Assembly (NCBI GenBank): GCA_964016885.1
Contig: OZ024742.1
Span: forward strand, 229,338,001 to 229,402,000
Direction: 5' to 3'
Length of the DNA stretch: 64,000 nucleotides
Source: Eledone cirrhosa
Lineage: Eukaryota
Below the pieces are notes generated by a model that saw only the letters and a list, made by a program, of their open reading frames with translations, was not told where the DNA came from and ran no database searches. Shown in pieces: positions 1 through 12,893 of the stretch. Positions within the stretch are counted from its first letter, which is position 1. The number at the start of each line of letters is the position of its first letter. Both the position numbers and the translations under genes were made by a program.

Positions 1-204
1 TGTGTGTGTGTGTAATAAATCCCATATAACAAAACTAATCTCCATCATAATTTTACCTCGTAGTTGATTAGAAGTACATCCACACCTCTACCACACATCT
101 ACAATGTTATGACAGCAACAGTTGGTAGACTGCAAAAATAAACATACGTATGTAACTAATTAGATATCAATCACACATTATATATGTCTCTACATATATA
201 TGTA

Positions 205-220
205 TGTATTTATCTATTTG

Positions 221-293
<73 letters not shown>

Positions 294-372
294 ATATATT
301 ATCTATCTATCTATCTCTCTATCTATCTATTTAACGTCTATCTATCTATCAACCTACCTATCTATCTATCTA
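205..372. repeat. (TATC)n microsatellite
   Basis: Direct TCTA/TATC tandem run. It explains the YLSI-repeat ORFs in the track. Confidence 0.95.
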
Positions 373-1033
373 TTTATCGATCAATCTAACTCTGTATACA
401 TACAAACACTCGCACACAAACACCGACACACACACGCACGCACGCACACATACACGCTTGTACACATACACATACACATACACATATACATTTATATAGA
501 CGTACATAAATACATACGTAAAAATATCTACATACATATTGTTTCTGGTGAGTGAAACATATGGCACGTGTCTTGAACTGTAAAAGAAACTGAAATTTAA
601 TGAAATATGATTAATGATAAAATTATAGATGAAAAACAGAAAAATTATCTTTAATAATCGATAATAAATGGCAAATGATTTAAAAAGAAAATTAACGCTA
701 GTAGATCACGTTACTTCTGGGGATACAAAAAAAATGCACATATATTCAAATAGATTTGGTAATAGTCCTATATATATTTAACCTATAGCGTAAACATTTG
801 TATTTACTTTAAGTAGTATAGAGTAATGGAAGTAGACCGCACGCGAGCACACTCACACACATACACACACACAGAGACACACACAGACACACATACACAC
901 ACACACATATCTATATTATATACATTATATCATATATGTATATATATATAATATATAATATATATATATATATATTTATTAAAATAATTTTAGTCTTCAA
1001 ATTTATTATTATTACTACATATATATTATTACA

Positions 1034-1084
<51 letters not shown>

Positions 1085-1131
1085 AATGTATATATATATA
1101 TAAATGTATATATATATAATTGTATATATGT

Positions 1132-1246
<115 letters not shown>

Positions 1247-1799
1247 TAACAGAATAGACCAAGAAACCAGGACTATCCATCATCAGTGATCTTCTGACTA
1301 TCATCGGTATTTCTTCGCTTTAAAGACCACATACCACAAGCCAGCGCGAACAATGACTAAAATAAGTTATTGGGATAAAAAGAATTGGGTGGATAAAGAG
1401 AGACAGGTAAATAAACAAAAATGGTAAGGCAACGTAAAGAGAGGAAAATGAGAAAACAAGTCAGTGATACATGTGAACTTAAGTTCTAGCAAATCATTGA
1501 CCAGACGACCAAGGACGCGTCCGAACCCTGCGAAATGTAAGCGAGAAAAGGATTTCACACAGGTCAGACGGGGGGAAGTGAGAGAGGGGAGTAGCAGAGA
1601 GTGAAAGTGTGAGGAAGATGTCAGCCGAGAGAGGGCGAACAGCAGTGGGCGTGAATGAAAGTAAGAGGTACAAGGAGAGAGAAGGGGGGGAGAGGATAGC
1701 AGTAAGGGAATAGAAAAAGACAGGTCACAGTGAGGGGAAAAAATATAGGAATGAAAAATGGCGCGCTGCGTTGTTGAATTAAAAAATAGAGCAAGAAAT

Positions 1800-1865
<66 letters not shown>

Positions 1866-1867
<2 letters not shown>

Positions 1868-2523
1868 GGTGCTGTTGGCTTTTCGCTGCAGTGTTTTCTA
1901 TACCTTTCATTTATATATTTATACTCGGATTTTTTTCCTAGATTGCTTAAATTATTTGTGAGTAATCCCGGTTTTTTTTTATAAAAAAACTGCGATAATA
2001 TTGCTTTTTGCTGAACTCCTTATTGTAGAGTTTTTTTCGGAATGTTTTTGACTGTTATTTCTTGTAAACAAACATTCGTCTCATTCTGACGTCACTAGCC
2101 ATGTCTTTCCTCATGTGCGTTTTTCATAATCGCGCATGATGGTGAACTAGCCTGTTTTAAAATTCCCTTTTCGGCATATTAAATCTGTGAGAATCCTGGT
2201 TATCGAGTTGAGCTCTGCTGAGGATTGAATTCCAACCATGACCATCTCCACTGAAAGTTTTCATGAAATAGTCTTTAAGACTATACAGAGCATTTGAAGT
2301 TTTCCAAATTGAAAGATGAGTATTTTAAACTTTATTTTATCATGAGTTTTCCCTGGATTTCACTAAATTCTGTGGATGAATTTATATCCTCATTCTCTTT
2401 GAGATGAGTTTGAATTATTTTCCCCACATCTTACGTTAACTATTTTTCCCATTTTGACGCTATAGTCACTTATATATTATGGAGTGCTGTTGGCTTTTCG
2501 CTGCAGTGTTTTCTATACCTTTC

Positions 2524-2530
<7 letters not shown>
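1866..2530 (+). mobile_element. Non-coding hammerhead-bearing retroelement, ~615-bp monomer plus ~50-bp terminal redundancy (family also at 59306-60940)
   Basis: GTGCTGTTGGCTTTTCGCTGCAGTGTTTTCTATACCTTTCATTTATA occurs at 1869 and again at 2484. The body is colinear with 60265-60940 and is flanked by (TA)n on both sides. Confidence 0.85.
2212..2291 (+). ncRNA. Type I hammerhead ribozyme
   Basis: Stem I GCTCTG/CAGAGC; CTGAGGA; stem II T-TGAA...TTCA-T; GAAA; stem III TAGTC-TTTAA-GACTA; cleavage triplet ATA. Confidence 0.85.
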
Positions 2531-2564
<34 letters not shown>

Positions 2565-2597
2565 CTATTACATTATGTATGTATTATGTAGTAGATA

Positions 2598-2664
<67 letters not shown>

Positions 2665-2745
2665 AAAAGAAAGAGAGTGTGTGTGCGCGCTTGGTCTACT
2701 TTCATTATATGTATACACACACACACACTCACACACACACACACA

Positions 2746-2828
<83 letters not shown>

Positions 2829-2829
2829 T

Positions 2830-2901
<72 letters not shown>

Positions 2902-3495
2902 CACATATTTCATTGAGTGGGGACATTTACATTTGTTTCATCTGGTGATGAAATACTCTGACGATTTCATCACTGAATGAAAAAGAAACAGGACTAATTC
3001 TGTAAAAGTTGCCACTCAATGAAGAAAAATAAATTATGCATTCTACGTTATGTATTAACTAAGTGCATCAAACAAAATTCCGTGTTTAAATAGGAAAGGC
3101 AGAAGCTGGCTCAAATATGAATATTGACTCAAACATGAGAGCTGGTTCAAACAGGAGACCCGGTTCAAGCATGAGGCCTGCAATAGGGTGGACTCACTCA
3201 AAGGTAGGCAAGGGCAAGATAGTAATGTTAAAGAGGGTTATAGCAAAGTTTACCATTATGATCCTGGAATTTGAACTCAGAACTCTACAAGTACTATCTG
3301 AGAGGGGCAAAAGCGAACACTGTGTAGTGTAATAGAACAAACGGTCACACAGCCACCACTAACAAACGGGATCTTTGTTATCATAACAGTGTCTTTATTT
3401 ATTCTTTACTGCAGTATTTTATAAATTACTGTGTATAATATCTAGTGGGGTCAATAATGGCTGAAGGCCAATATGTTAGTTTCATTATTATGAGC

Positions 3496-3686
3496 GGTGG
3501 ATTGGCAGTATCGGTAGAGGGTCGGATGCCATGATCTGCAGCATAAAGTTACAGCCCTTTATGATCTGAGTTCAAATCCCGCTGAAGTTAACTTTGCCTT
3601 TCATTCTTACGGGGTCAATAAAATAAAGTACCAGTAATACACTGGGGTAATTGCTGGCCTTGTGCCAAAGATAGAAACAATTATTA
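3496..3686 (+). mobile_element. tRNA-derived SINE (main family in window)
   Basis: A-box-like TGGCAGTATCGG, B-box GAGTTCAAATCCC, conserved core TTAACTTTGCCTTTCATCCTTACGGGGTCGATAAAATAAAGTACCAG. More than 10 copies in the window. Confidence 0.85.
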
Positions 3687-3699
3687 TGATTCGATTCCA

Positions 3700-3985
3700 C
3701 CGCGTGATAGCTTAGGTAAGTATTACAATAACTTCGGGTAGCGGCAAGCCATTGCAAGAGAAAGTTCGTCGAGGGAAACTATATGGAAGACCGTCGGAGG
3801 GATTGTACCCGTAGTTCAAAAGTATAGCCATGTGTCATCTTGCGTCAAAAACGTTTCTGCCTGAGAATTACATTATGGTTACACGTGTCTATGAATTATT
3901 CAACCACTTACACATTAATTCATGTGTTTGACATTCAGTTGGTCGAGCAACTAGATGCTCATCACCGAAATCGACGGAGGATATT
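3700..3985 (+). mobile_element. Second SINE-like family, degenerate body
   Basis: Similar by eye to 26260-26545 (+) and 26595-26880 (-). Confidence 0.5.
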
Positions 3986-4525
3986 AACTTAGTGTCTGAT
4001 ATAATCTTGTGAAAGAGTTAAACTAACATAAGTGGATGTTAAAATGTTAGAAACATTTTACTAGTTTCTTATTCTTCCAATGAATGCATATAATGTCTGC
4101 TATTCACTTGTCCAGGGCTTAATCAGAGATAAAGCTATTCATCCATGCATGGACACCTAATTCTTACTAGAATCATGTGGGCGCCGCTGTGACAGGCGGT
4201 ATTGTAAGTCTGCTGGAGTCCTTTGCACTCCAAGTCTGAAGACAATGAATATTTCCAGAGAGTAAGAGGGTGTGAAAAAGAAAGGGAGGGACATATAAAA
4301 GAAAGGAAGAGACATACAGAGGAAGAAGAGACCTCAACAATGGACTGGTACTGTTCTTTTACCGACCATAAAAGGAGGAAAGACAACGTTGACTTCAACT
4401 TATAACCGGAACGTATATCACAAAGAATTCTATCCGACATCCTAATGACTTTGCTACTACGCCCCTTACATGAACAGGCTGTAAAAAGGTCAGGGTTTCT
4501 GTTGCAATTGTCTATTTGTACAAAA

Positions 4526-4708
4526 TAGTTGTTTCTACTATTGGCACAAGGCTAGTAATCACCCTAGTGCATCACTGGTACTTTATTTTATCGACCCCGT
4601 AAGGATGAAAGGCAAAGTTAACCTCGGAGGGATTTGAACTCAGAATGACAAGGGCCGTAAATCTATGTTGCAAAGCATGGCGTCCGACCCTCTACCGATA
4701 CTGCCAAT
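4526..4708 (-). mobile_element. tRNA-derived SINE copy
   Basis: Reverse complement of the 3496-3686 family. Confidence 0.85.
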
Positions 4709-5245
4709 AGTATAATATTACTGCCAATAGTATAATATTAAATACCAAGTTGTAAAATGAATAAAATATTATAAATAGATATAAAAATACAAGCATCTCT
4801 ATTGCTATCATCTGTTCTCTTCAAATTACTGCGTATATTATTTAACATCCAGCAGTGAAACGGTTAAAGATACATGAATAGCTGTAAAAATATAATCGTA
4901 TCATTTATTGCGATGAATGTATTAATTTGGTAGCAAAAAAAAAAAAGAAAAGCAGGAAAAGAGTCGTCTTCAACATGAATGTAAACATTTCTCTGCTAAT
5001 GATACGAGAGAGAATAATGTCTGTGATTCTATGTTTACTGACGAAGATTGTTTTTATCGCTCTTTATAGCAATTCTCTCTCTTCATATTGTCTTGTAAGT
5101 TGTTGCTTTTCTCAAATTATTTAATTTCCATAAAAGCATCATTTACATAGCTCAGACAAAAACCCAATAAAAGGGTGTGCAAAAAGAAACGTATACCAAC
5201 GTTAGGCGCGTATATATATATATGTATATATGAGCATACATATTT

Positions 5246-5312
<67 letters not shown>

Positions 5313-5373
5313 TAAATGTACTATACATGGATATATATATATATATATTTATGTATATGCGTTTGCATACATA

Positions 5374-5432
<59 letters not shown>

Positions 5433-6011
5433 ACTTACATACGTGTATATGTAATATAAACATGCGTACATAGACTATATATGGCGTGGAGGAGGAGTAA
5501 TTTGGGAAGTAATCCCATTAGTAAAAGCAATAATGTATCCATTAAAAGACGTTTGCTTATGTGTTTTCCACAAACAATCGTGTAACCGTATAACCCGGAG
5601 GAGTAAATTCATCAAATCTTGAAAGTTTTTATATTACAATCTAGTTATTATTGATTAACCATAAATATCAAAGTAATGGAAATGTGAGTAAAAATTGTAT
5701 ATACTTTCTATATTCTTCGCTTTGACACATTATCTCAATAGATGTCACAGACAAAAGCAGGTTATTGTAGTTATAAACCTATATGCTTAAAAACAGACAT
5801 CACAGCACAAACATACGCTTACATTTATCTGTCTGTCTGTCTCTGACTCTCTCACACTTAATAGTCTCTCTCTCTCTCTCTCGCGCTCTCTCTCTTTCTC
5901 TCTCTCTCTCTAGATATATATATATAAATATATATATATATATGTATATATATGTGTGTCTGTGTGTGTACAGGGTGCGGACGGTATATGAGGACACATG
6001 TATTTTTAGTC

Positions 6012-6197
6012 GTGGATTGACAGTATCGGTAGAGAGTCGGACACCATGCTTTGCAGCAAAGAGTTACGGCCCTTTATGGTCTGAGTTCACATCCCGCCGA
6101 GGTTAACTTTGCCATTCATCCTTACGGGGTCGATAAAATAAAGTACCAGTGATGTACTGGGTAATTGCTGGCCTTGTGCCAAAAGTAGAAACAATTA
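6012..6197 (+). mobile_element. SINE nested inside the mariner element
   Basis: Full SINE consensus immediately inside the left TIR. Confidence 0.85.
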
Positions 6198-6265
6198 TTT
6201 TATTTGACTAATGTTTATTGAACATCCATTTCAGAAAATAACAATGAACATAACTATGCTTACTA

Positions 6266-7232
6266 ATGAAAAGGCATGTTGTGATTGTGGTTTTGAATTT
6301 GAAGGCTAAGCATGATGATTTAAACATTTCTCGTTTTCTGGAAGTTGCAAGATATGTCCACAAGATCTGTCCACAAGATCTGTCCACAAGATTCGGTGTT
6401 TTCGAGAGAGATGAAGGAAGCGTATTACCTGTATCAAACGTGAAAAACATTCCAAACGTTCTGATTCCATCAGTACACCTGAATTTATTCAGAAAGTTAA
6501 GCAAAACATTGATGACAATCCAGGAAAATCAATGAGGTCAATTGCAAAAAATGTGGATGTGTCAGAAAAAACAATCAGAAATGTTATGCATGAAGACATC
6601 AGATAAAAATCTTACGTGATGTGGAGAGGTCAATTCATGTCAGAAAAATCAAAAGAAAACCGTTTAATCAGATTCAAAAGACTTGTAAATAAACTTAAAA
6701 ATCCATCAGAAGATGGTGTGATTTGGTTTTTCTCAGATGAGAAAAACCTTGACCAGGACCACAAAACTAACAGAAGAAATGCAAGTGTCATAGTTTTGGC
6801 TGTTGTTAACAATGAAGGATGTGTGATGCCTCCTCACTTTTTCCACAAGGCCTTAAGGTGAATGCTGCTGCATATATTGAGGTTCTGGATAAAGTTGTTA
6901 AGCCTTTGATCAACAGTGTAATGCAATGGAAGGCCTTATGTCTTTCAACAAGGCTCAAATGACACAAGAATGGATGGCTGACAATTTGCATGATCACGTC
7001 AACCCCAACATTTGGCCTCCTAATTCTCCAGAGCTCAATCCACTGGATTACTTACTATGTATGGAGCATCGTTGAGAAAAATGTCAATGAACAAACCCCA
7101 TAGCACCAAAGATTCTTTGAAAGCCACCATAATTTGAGTCATATCCGATATGAACAAGGACCACTTAATCCGAGCTTGCAAACAATTTCGACCCATGTAG
7201 AGGCAGTTATTGAACTTATGGTGATTTTATTG
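6266..7232 (+). pseudogene. DD37D/maT-type transposase pseudogene
   Basis: Frameshifted motifs NPGKSMRSIAK, WFFSDEKN, VVNNEGCVMPPHFF, GRPYVFQQ, WPPNSPELNPLDY. Confidence 0.85.
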
Positions 7233-7359
7233 AATGGAATTATTAAATATATAATTTAGCTTTATGTTTATGTTATTTTTATAAGAATACATTTTTTTCC
7301 TGTTATTATATAAACGTTTTTTTAAAACCATAAATCTGTCCTCAAATACCGTCCGCGTA

Positions 7360-7401
<42 letters not shown>

Positions 7402-7434
7402 TATATATCGATTGTGTCGTTATTTCTGTTTACC

Positions 7435-7508
<74 letters not shown>

Positions 7509-8236
7509 GAATTAAAAGTGACAAAGGCGCTGTGTGGTTACTAATAAATATTATTTAGAAAACGTAAGAGAAACACAAACATAAGGACAATTCCCGCTGT
7601 TCGGCTGTCTGCTGAGGGCCGCTGATGTTTCCACGCATTAAATACAGTATATCTCACCATAGTGAGTTGATAAATAAGAGGAATAATTATGAGGGAAGAA
7701 CCCCCTCGAAAGGAGCCTTTGTCACTTTTAATTCATATTAATTGCTGTGAGCTCCGTTCCATCTTCTCCATCTCACTTGTTGTTAATTCTGGTTTTGAAC
7801 TTATGTTCTTCCATTGTGGATTACATTTTTTCTTTCCTCCTTTCTCTCTCTTTGCCACTCACATATCCCCCCCTCTCTCTCCCACTCACTTATTCTCTTT
7901 CTCTCTTACCATCCGTCTCTTTTCTCTCCCCTCTCTCTGCTCCCTTACCCCCCTTCACTTCTGTTTTCCTTCGTCTCTCCCTCTTTGCGTCTGTTCTCGC
8001 TATGACCAAACGGTTTTCTCTTCGCTCTCCCTCGTGCTGTTAATATGGATCTAGGACTTACGTTCGGGCTCCTTTTAACTTCTTCCTCTCTCCAATTGGT
8101 TACAGAAATTTACATGTACTACTGTCTCGTGTTTCCTCCTCTCTATCGGTATGTTTTTCTTTTGTTTATTTTCTTTTTCTGTCGTTCTCTTTGCTATCGT
8201 CTCTATTTTTTTTTTGTTTTCTTCCCTGATTAATTA

Positions 8237-10193
8237 CACTGGTGAACAAAAAAATATTCATTTCATGGTTCTGGTATAATTTAGTATGATTCTAGGGTAA
8301 CCAAGTGTGCAGAATCTGAATATGACAACGGTTAAGCTATATCGGGTCTAGTTTTCAAGAACCAGCATATCCATGTTTATGACCCATAGCTATGTGGCTC
8401 ATATTACTTCATCCAATTGTATCCACTATATTTAGTTGTTAACTAATTTATATTTACTGCTTTTGTTTTAGATCACAGAATTGTAACTATCCTCAGCTAT
8501 TCTTGGATAATTCACAACAACTTTGACTAGTGGGAGAGATGGAACGCCGGAAATGTGTAAATGACCCGGACCGATTTTGCTATATTTGTGGACTCTTTAC
8601 CCCAGAAAGCATAAAGAAACCAATCACAAAAGCAGTTCGAGTAAACTACAAATGCTACTTCAAATGTCCATTAGGAGACCAGGACAAGAAATGGGCGCTT
8701 CATATAGCGTGTAGGTCATGTGTTAATCACCTAAGTGAATGGAAGAATGGGAAACGAAGCTCTGGTTTGCCATTTGCCATACCAATGGTGTGGCGAGAAC
8801 CAAAAGACCACAATAACGATTGCTACGTCTGCCATATAAACATCCAAGGAATAACTGTGAAGACACGAACTACACTTCAATACCCCGATATCTCGTCAGC
8901 AATCCGACCAGCACCTCACAGTGACGAATTACCTGTTCCAGTTCCACCTGCTGAACACGAGCTAATCTCTGATTCTGATTCCAGTAGCACCCCTATTGAT
9001 GATGACTATCAAGACGAACATGAGACAAGTGAACCCATACCATTTAACCAGGAAGCTCTTCACGATCTCATTAAAGACCTACATTTGTCTAAAGAAAAGG
9101 CAGAGCTCCTGGGATCAAGACTGAAGCAACAAAACCAGCTAGAACCTGGCGTCGGCATTACAACCGCTCGTCATCGTCATAAACAACTTAATTAGTCTAC
9201 TTCTCGGTCTTCAGACTGGTTACACAAAGCATATGTGTATTCTATGTTTGTGGAATAGTAGAGCAGATGCGGAGCACTACAGGAAGAAGGATTGGCCAAC
9301 AAGACCAAAGGATGCACCCGGTAGATCCAACTGTTTGTACAAACCTTTCGTGGATCCAGAAAAAGTATTCCTCCCTCCATTACATCTCAAATTAGGCTTG
9401 GCCAAAAACTTTATTAAAAGCATGGATCATACAGGTAATGGGTTTCAGTACTTATGTAAGAAATTGGGTAGAGTGGTATCTGAAGCAAAGTTAAAAGCAG
9501 GGGTTTTGAATGGTCCTTAGATTCGTATGCTGGTTAATGATAGTGAGTTTACGAAAACACTAAACCCTTTGGAGACTAATGCATGGAAATCATTTGTAGA
9601 TGTGACACAGAACCTTCTTGGAAACCACCGTGCAGACAACTATAAAGAAATTGTTGAAACCATGATACAAAATTATCGCGCTCTGGGTTCACGAATGTCG
9701 TTGAAGCTTCATTTCTAGGAGACATCAGTGATGAACATGGAGAGAGAGGTTTGACCAGGTTTCATAGTGCAGAGTAGGTATCAGGGTCGGTTCAATCCCA
9801 ACATGATGGGCGACTACTGTTGGACACTGCAACGTGAGGAGAGTCAGAAAAACAACCGTAAAAGCAAAATCCAGAAATTTGTTTAGAAATGTTTTGAAAT
9901 ATTTTGCTATGTTCAGAATGTTGTTCAGAAATGTTTTGTTAATATACTAAGTGTTAAAAAAATAAATAAAAATATGTTTATATATTTTTATTAATAAGTT
10001 AATATGTTTATATCTAAGTCATCATATGTTACACAATGGATAAATAATGCAATACGAGGAACATATTTTCGATCTCATATTAAGGTATTCTAGTCCGATA
10101 GCAAAACATGAATATCAAAACTGAATTTAGTGCTATGAAATTAGTAAGATGCACATATTCACATGTAAGAACCATTTTGGCTGTTGACGAGTG
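8237..10193 (+). mobile_element. Chapaev3 (CMC superfamily) DNA transposon, internally deleted
   Basis: CAC...GTG termini (CACTGGTGAACA / CACTCGTCAACA), 3-bp TTA target duplication at 8234-8236 and 10194-10196, and transposase motifs. Confidence 0.8.
8539..9886 (+). pseudogene. Chapaev3-type transposase pseudogene
   Basis: CVNDPDRFCYICG, PFAIPMVWREPKDHNNDCYVC, LLGLQTGYTKHMCILCLW, LPPLHLKLGL, MSLKLHF, DISDEHGER. There is a deletion near 9190 and in-frame stops. Confidence 0.85.
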
Positions 10194-10359
10194 TTATCAA
10201 TACACTGTGGTGAGATGAACTGTCTTTAATGCATCGAAACATCAGCGACCTACAGCAGACAGCCGAAGAACGGGAATTGTCCTTATATTTGTGTTTCTCT
10301 TATGTTTTCTAATGTCAAACACACACACTTACACACACACACACACACACACACACAAC

Positions 10360-11110
10360 CCCTAATCCTGTTTCAATTACCAGACACATGGGATTTGCAA
10401 AATTTCAGCTCAATCGGATAACGTTTAGGTGACTCTCAAACGCCTTGAAGTTGGAACATAGTATACGGAACGATTAATTCTGTTCAAAAGCGGTATACTG
10501 TTCCCTTATCTCGACCATTTTCTTTTTTCTTCTTAGAAAAATTTATGTGGACACATCCAGGCAACCCAGCAAATGTTTAAAAACGTTCTGAATCAAATTT
10601 ACCAATAGTTAATTTGAAAAATTCCCGAAATAACTTAAGAAATATTAGGTTTTCTTAATAGGAGAAACGCAAGTTATTTACAACAATAATTTCTATAGAA
10701 TCAAAAACATAATGTAAACACTGAATATTGAACATTATTTTTGCATAAGAGAGGATTTAGTAGCAGTTACGGTTTTCGGTAACGATCTGTAAAACAAATT
10801 GTTTCTCAGTTTCATCTTTTGTGAGAATGTTTTTGTAATCCTGAATGAGTTGACATCTCTTTCTGCAACAACTGTCTTCTCAAGTTTTTCAACTCCACTT
10901 TTGTAACCAGGATCACCCTTCCAAGTTGAAGAGCCTTTGTCGAGTAAATCGGTGCTGATAGAAAATCTCGTGAAGAAAGTTTTCGTACCAGGAGTTACAA
11001 AAGACGAAAACTCGATGTTTGTAAAGGAAGAAAAGTCATAATGGTGCAGAATGGACCTCTTCAGTTGATTTTTTTCACCTTTGTCTGCTTGGAGCATCAC
11101 TTTAGCAATA
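10360..11110 (-). mobile_element. 3' remnant of a DNA transposon (possibly Sola2-like) with transposase C-terminal fragment
   Basis: Minus ORF has FFTRFSISTDLL..STWKGDPGY..VVAERDV, resembling the VVNDxAERxV C-terminal motif. Superfamily assignment is from memory only. Confidence 0.4.
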
Positions 11111-12170
11111 TTTGTCCTAATATCTCCTTGCTCTCTTTGGTCTCCTTTTCTCATTGTCCTCCTTTCATCCTCGCTCTCCTTTTCTCACTGCTCCCCTTGC
11201 TCTCCTTTTCTCGTAACTCTCCTTGCTCTCCTTTTATCGTCACTCTCCTTGCTCTCCTTTTCTCTTTCCTCTCATTGCTCTCCTTTTCCTCCTTCTCTCC
11301 TTGCTCTCCTTTTCTCATCACTCTCATTGCTCTCCTTTTCTCTTATATCTCCTTGCTCTCCTTTTCTCATTGCTCTCCTTGCTCTCCTTTTCTCCTTCCT
11401 CTTCTTTTCTCTTTGCTCTCCTTTTCTCATTTCTCTCCTTGCTCTCCCTTTCTCCTCCCTCTCATTTCTCATTGTTCTCCTTTCATCCTCGCTCTTCTTT
11501 TCTCCATCTTCTTGCTCTCATTTTCCCCTTGCCCGCCTTGCTCTCCTTTTCTTCTTGCTCTCCTAGCTCTCCTTTCTCTCTTTTCTCTCCTTTTGTCCTT
11601 GCTGTCCTTGCTCTCATTTTCTCCTTCATCTTCTTGCCACCCTTTTCCCCTTGCTCTCCTTACTCCCCCTTATCTTCTTACTCTCCTTGCTTTCCTTTTC
11701 TCGTTGCTCTCCTTTTCTCCTTCCTCTCCGTGATCCCCTTTTCTCACCACGCTCCTTGATCTCCTTTTCTCCTTGCTCTCGTTTTCTCATCATTCTCCTT
11801 GCTCTCCTTTTCTCATTGCTCTCATTGCTCTCCTTTTCTCCTTCCTCTCCTTGCTCTCCTTTTCTCCTTACTCTCCCTTTATCCTTGCTCTCCCTTTCTC
11901 CTTGTATCTATGTATAGAAAAGGGGAGCAAGGAGTGGACGGAAAAAAGAAGAGCAATGATAAAAGGAGAGCAAGGAGAGTGGGGGAGAAAAGGAGAGCAA
12001 GGACACAATGAGAGCAATGAGAAAAGGAGAGGAAGGAGAAAAGGAGAACAAGAAGATGGAGAAAAGGAGAACAATGAGAAAAGAAGAGCGAGGGTGAAAG
12101 GAGAGCAATGAGAAAATACAGTGAGAAAAGGGGAGCAAGGAAAAATAGGAAACCAAGAATAGTAAGAAGA
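11110..12170. repeat. Degenerate CTCCTTGCTCTCCTTTT minisatellite with a strand switch at ~11910
   Basis: Pyrimidine-rich array 11110-11905, followed by the same unit inverted (AAAAGGAGAGCAA) at 11915-12170. Confidence 0.9.
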
Positions 12171-12202
<32 letters not shown>

Positions 12203-12242
12203 TGTAAACAAGTGCTATTATGCCTCATATCATGTTACCTTA

Positions 12243-12308
12243 TTTTATCTGATGAGAACACAATTTTTGTCCCAGGATGATTTTGTATTCGAAATGCGCA
12301 TAATAAAA
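12243..12308 (+). ncRNA. Minimal (Penelope-type) hammerhead ribozyme
   Basis: TTTTAT-CTGATGA-GAACACAA...TTGTATTC-GAAA-TGCGCA-TA-ATAAAA, with a palindromic loop 3, in a short island between (TA)n tracts. Confidence 0.85.
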
Positions 12309-12349
12309 TATATGGAACTCTTTTAACCATCTTTTAATTTCTTCTTTAT

Positions 12350-12409
<60 letters not shown>

Positions 12410-12468
12410 CTCAATACCGAGTACTCATTTATCTCAGCTGCAAATTACATACGGATATATGTATATTA

Positions 12469-12853
12469 GGGTGGCCCTTAGCAATAGGTAATTTTCCAAA
12501 AGTTAAATTCTGCTGCTCCCACAGCGGTAAATAGGTGTTAGACCTATACCATCGTTCGGTCTCCAGCTTTGCAAGTTGCCTTCCCCATTATATTTATTGT
12601 CACTTATCCTTCTAATACCAAGCATAAGTCTGAACAAGTTTTTAATTTAAAAGAAAATTATATAAGAGATAAAAAGTTTTTATCTGAAAAAATGAGTTAC
12701 CGGGTGAAAACTTCAAATTTTCATGGTCGATGAGGGCCACCTTGTATTGGTCCGCTTGAGCTGGAGCTTTGGATAGGTTGGTTGTTTGGGATCTGGAATA
12801 AGATAGCGCGGTGGGAGCTAAACTTTTAGTAAGTTGAAAAATACGGGCCACCC
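12469..12853. mobile_element. MITE-like element with GGGTGGCCC terminal inverted repeats
   Basis: AGGGTGGCCC at left and GGGCCACCCT at right; no ORF; no clear TSD. Confidence 0.45.
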
Positions 12854-12855
12854 TC

Positions 12856-12892
<37 letters not shown>

Positions 12893-12893
<1 letters not shown>

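Larger units (their letters stand above)
5971..7356 (+). mobile_element. Tc1/mariner-superfamily transposon (maT/DD37D-like), decayed
   Basis: TA-CAGGGTGCGGACGGTATATGAGGACA at left; inverted TGTCCTCAAATACCGTCCGC at right with the last bases lost; internal transposase remnants. Confidence 0.85.
7553..10312. repeat. Older fold-back repeat (arms ~7553-7685 and ~8222-8236+10197-10312) interrupted by the Chapaev3 insertion
   Basis: TTAGAAAACGTAAGAGAAACACAAACATAAGGACAATTCCCG... is inverted at 10202-10312. Removing 8237-10196 restores continuity of the right arm. Confidence 0.7.

Noticed and set aside
3496-3590. tRNA genes in SINE heads
   Set aside because: A/B boxes are present, but there is no cloverleaf and they are always attached to the SINE body.
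11041-11917. Long Leu/Ser/Phe/Pro-rich ORFs resembling membrane proteins
   Set aside because: They arise from a stop-poor pyrimidine minisatellite open in all three frames.
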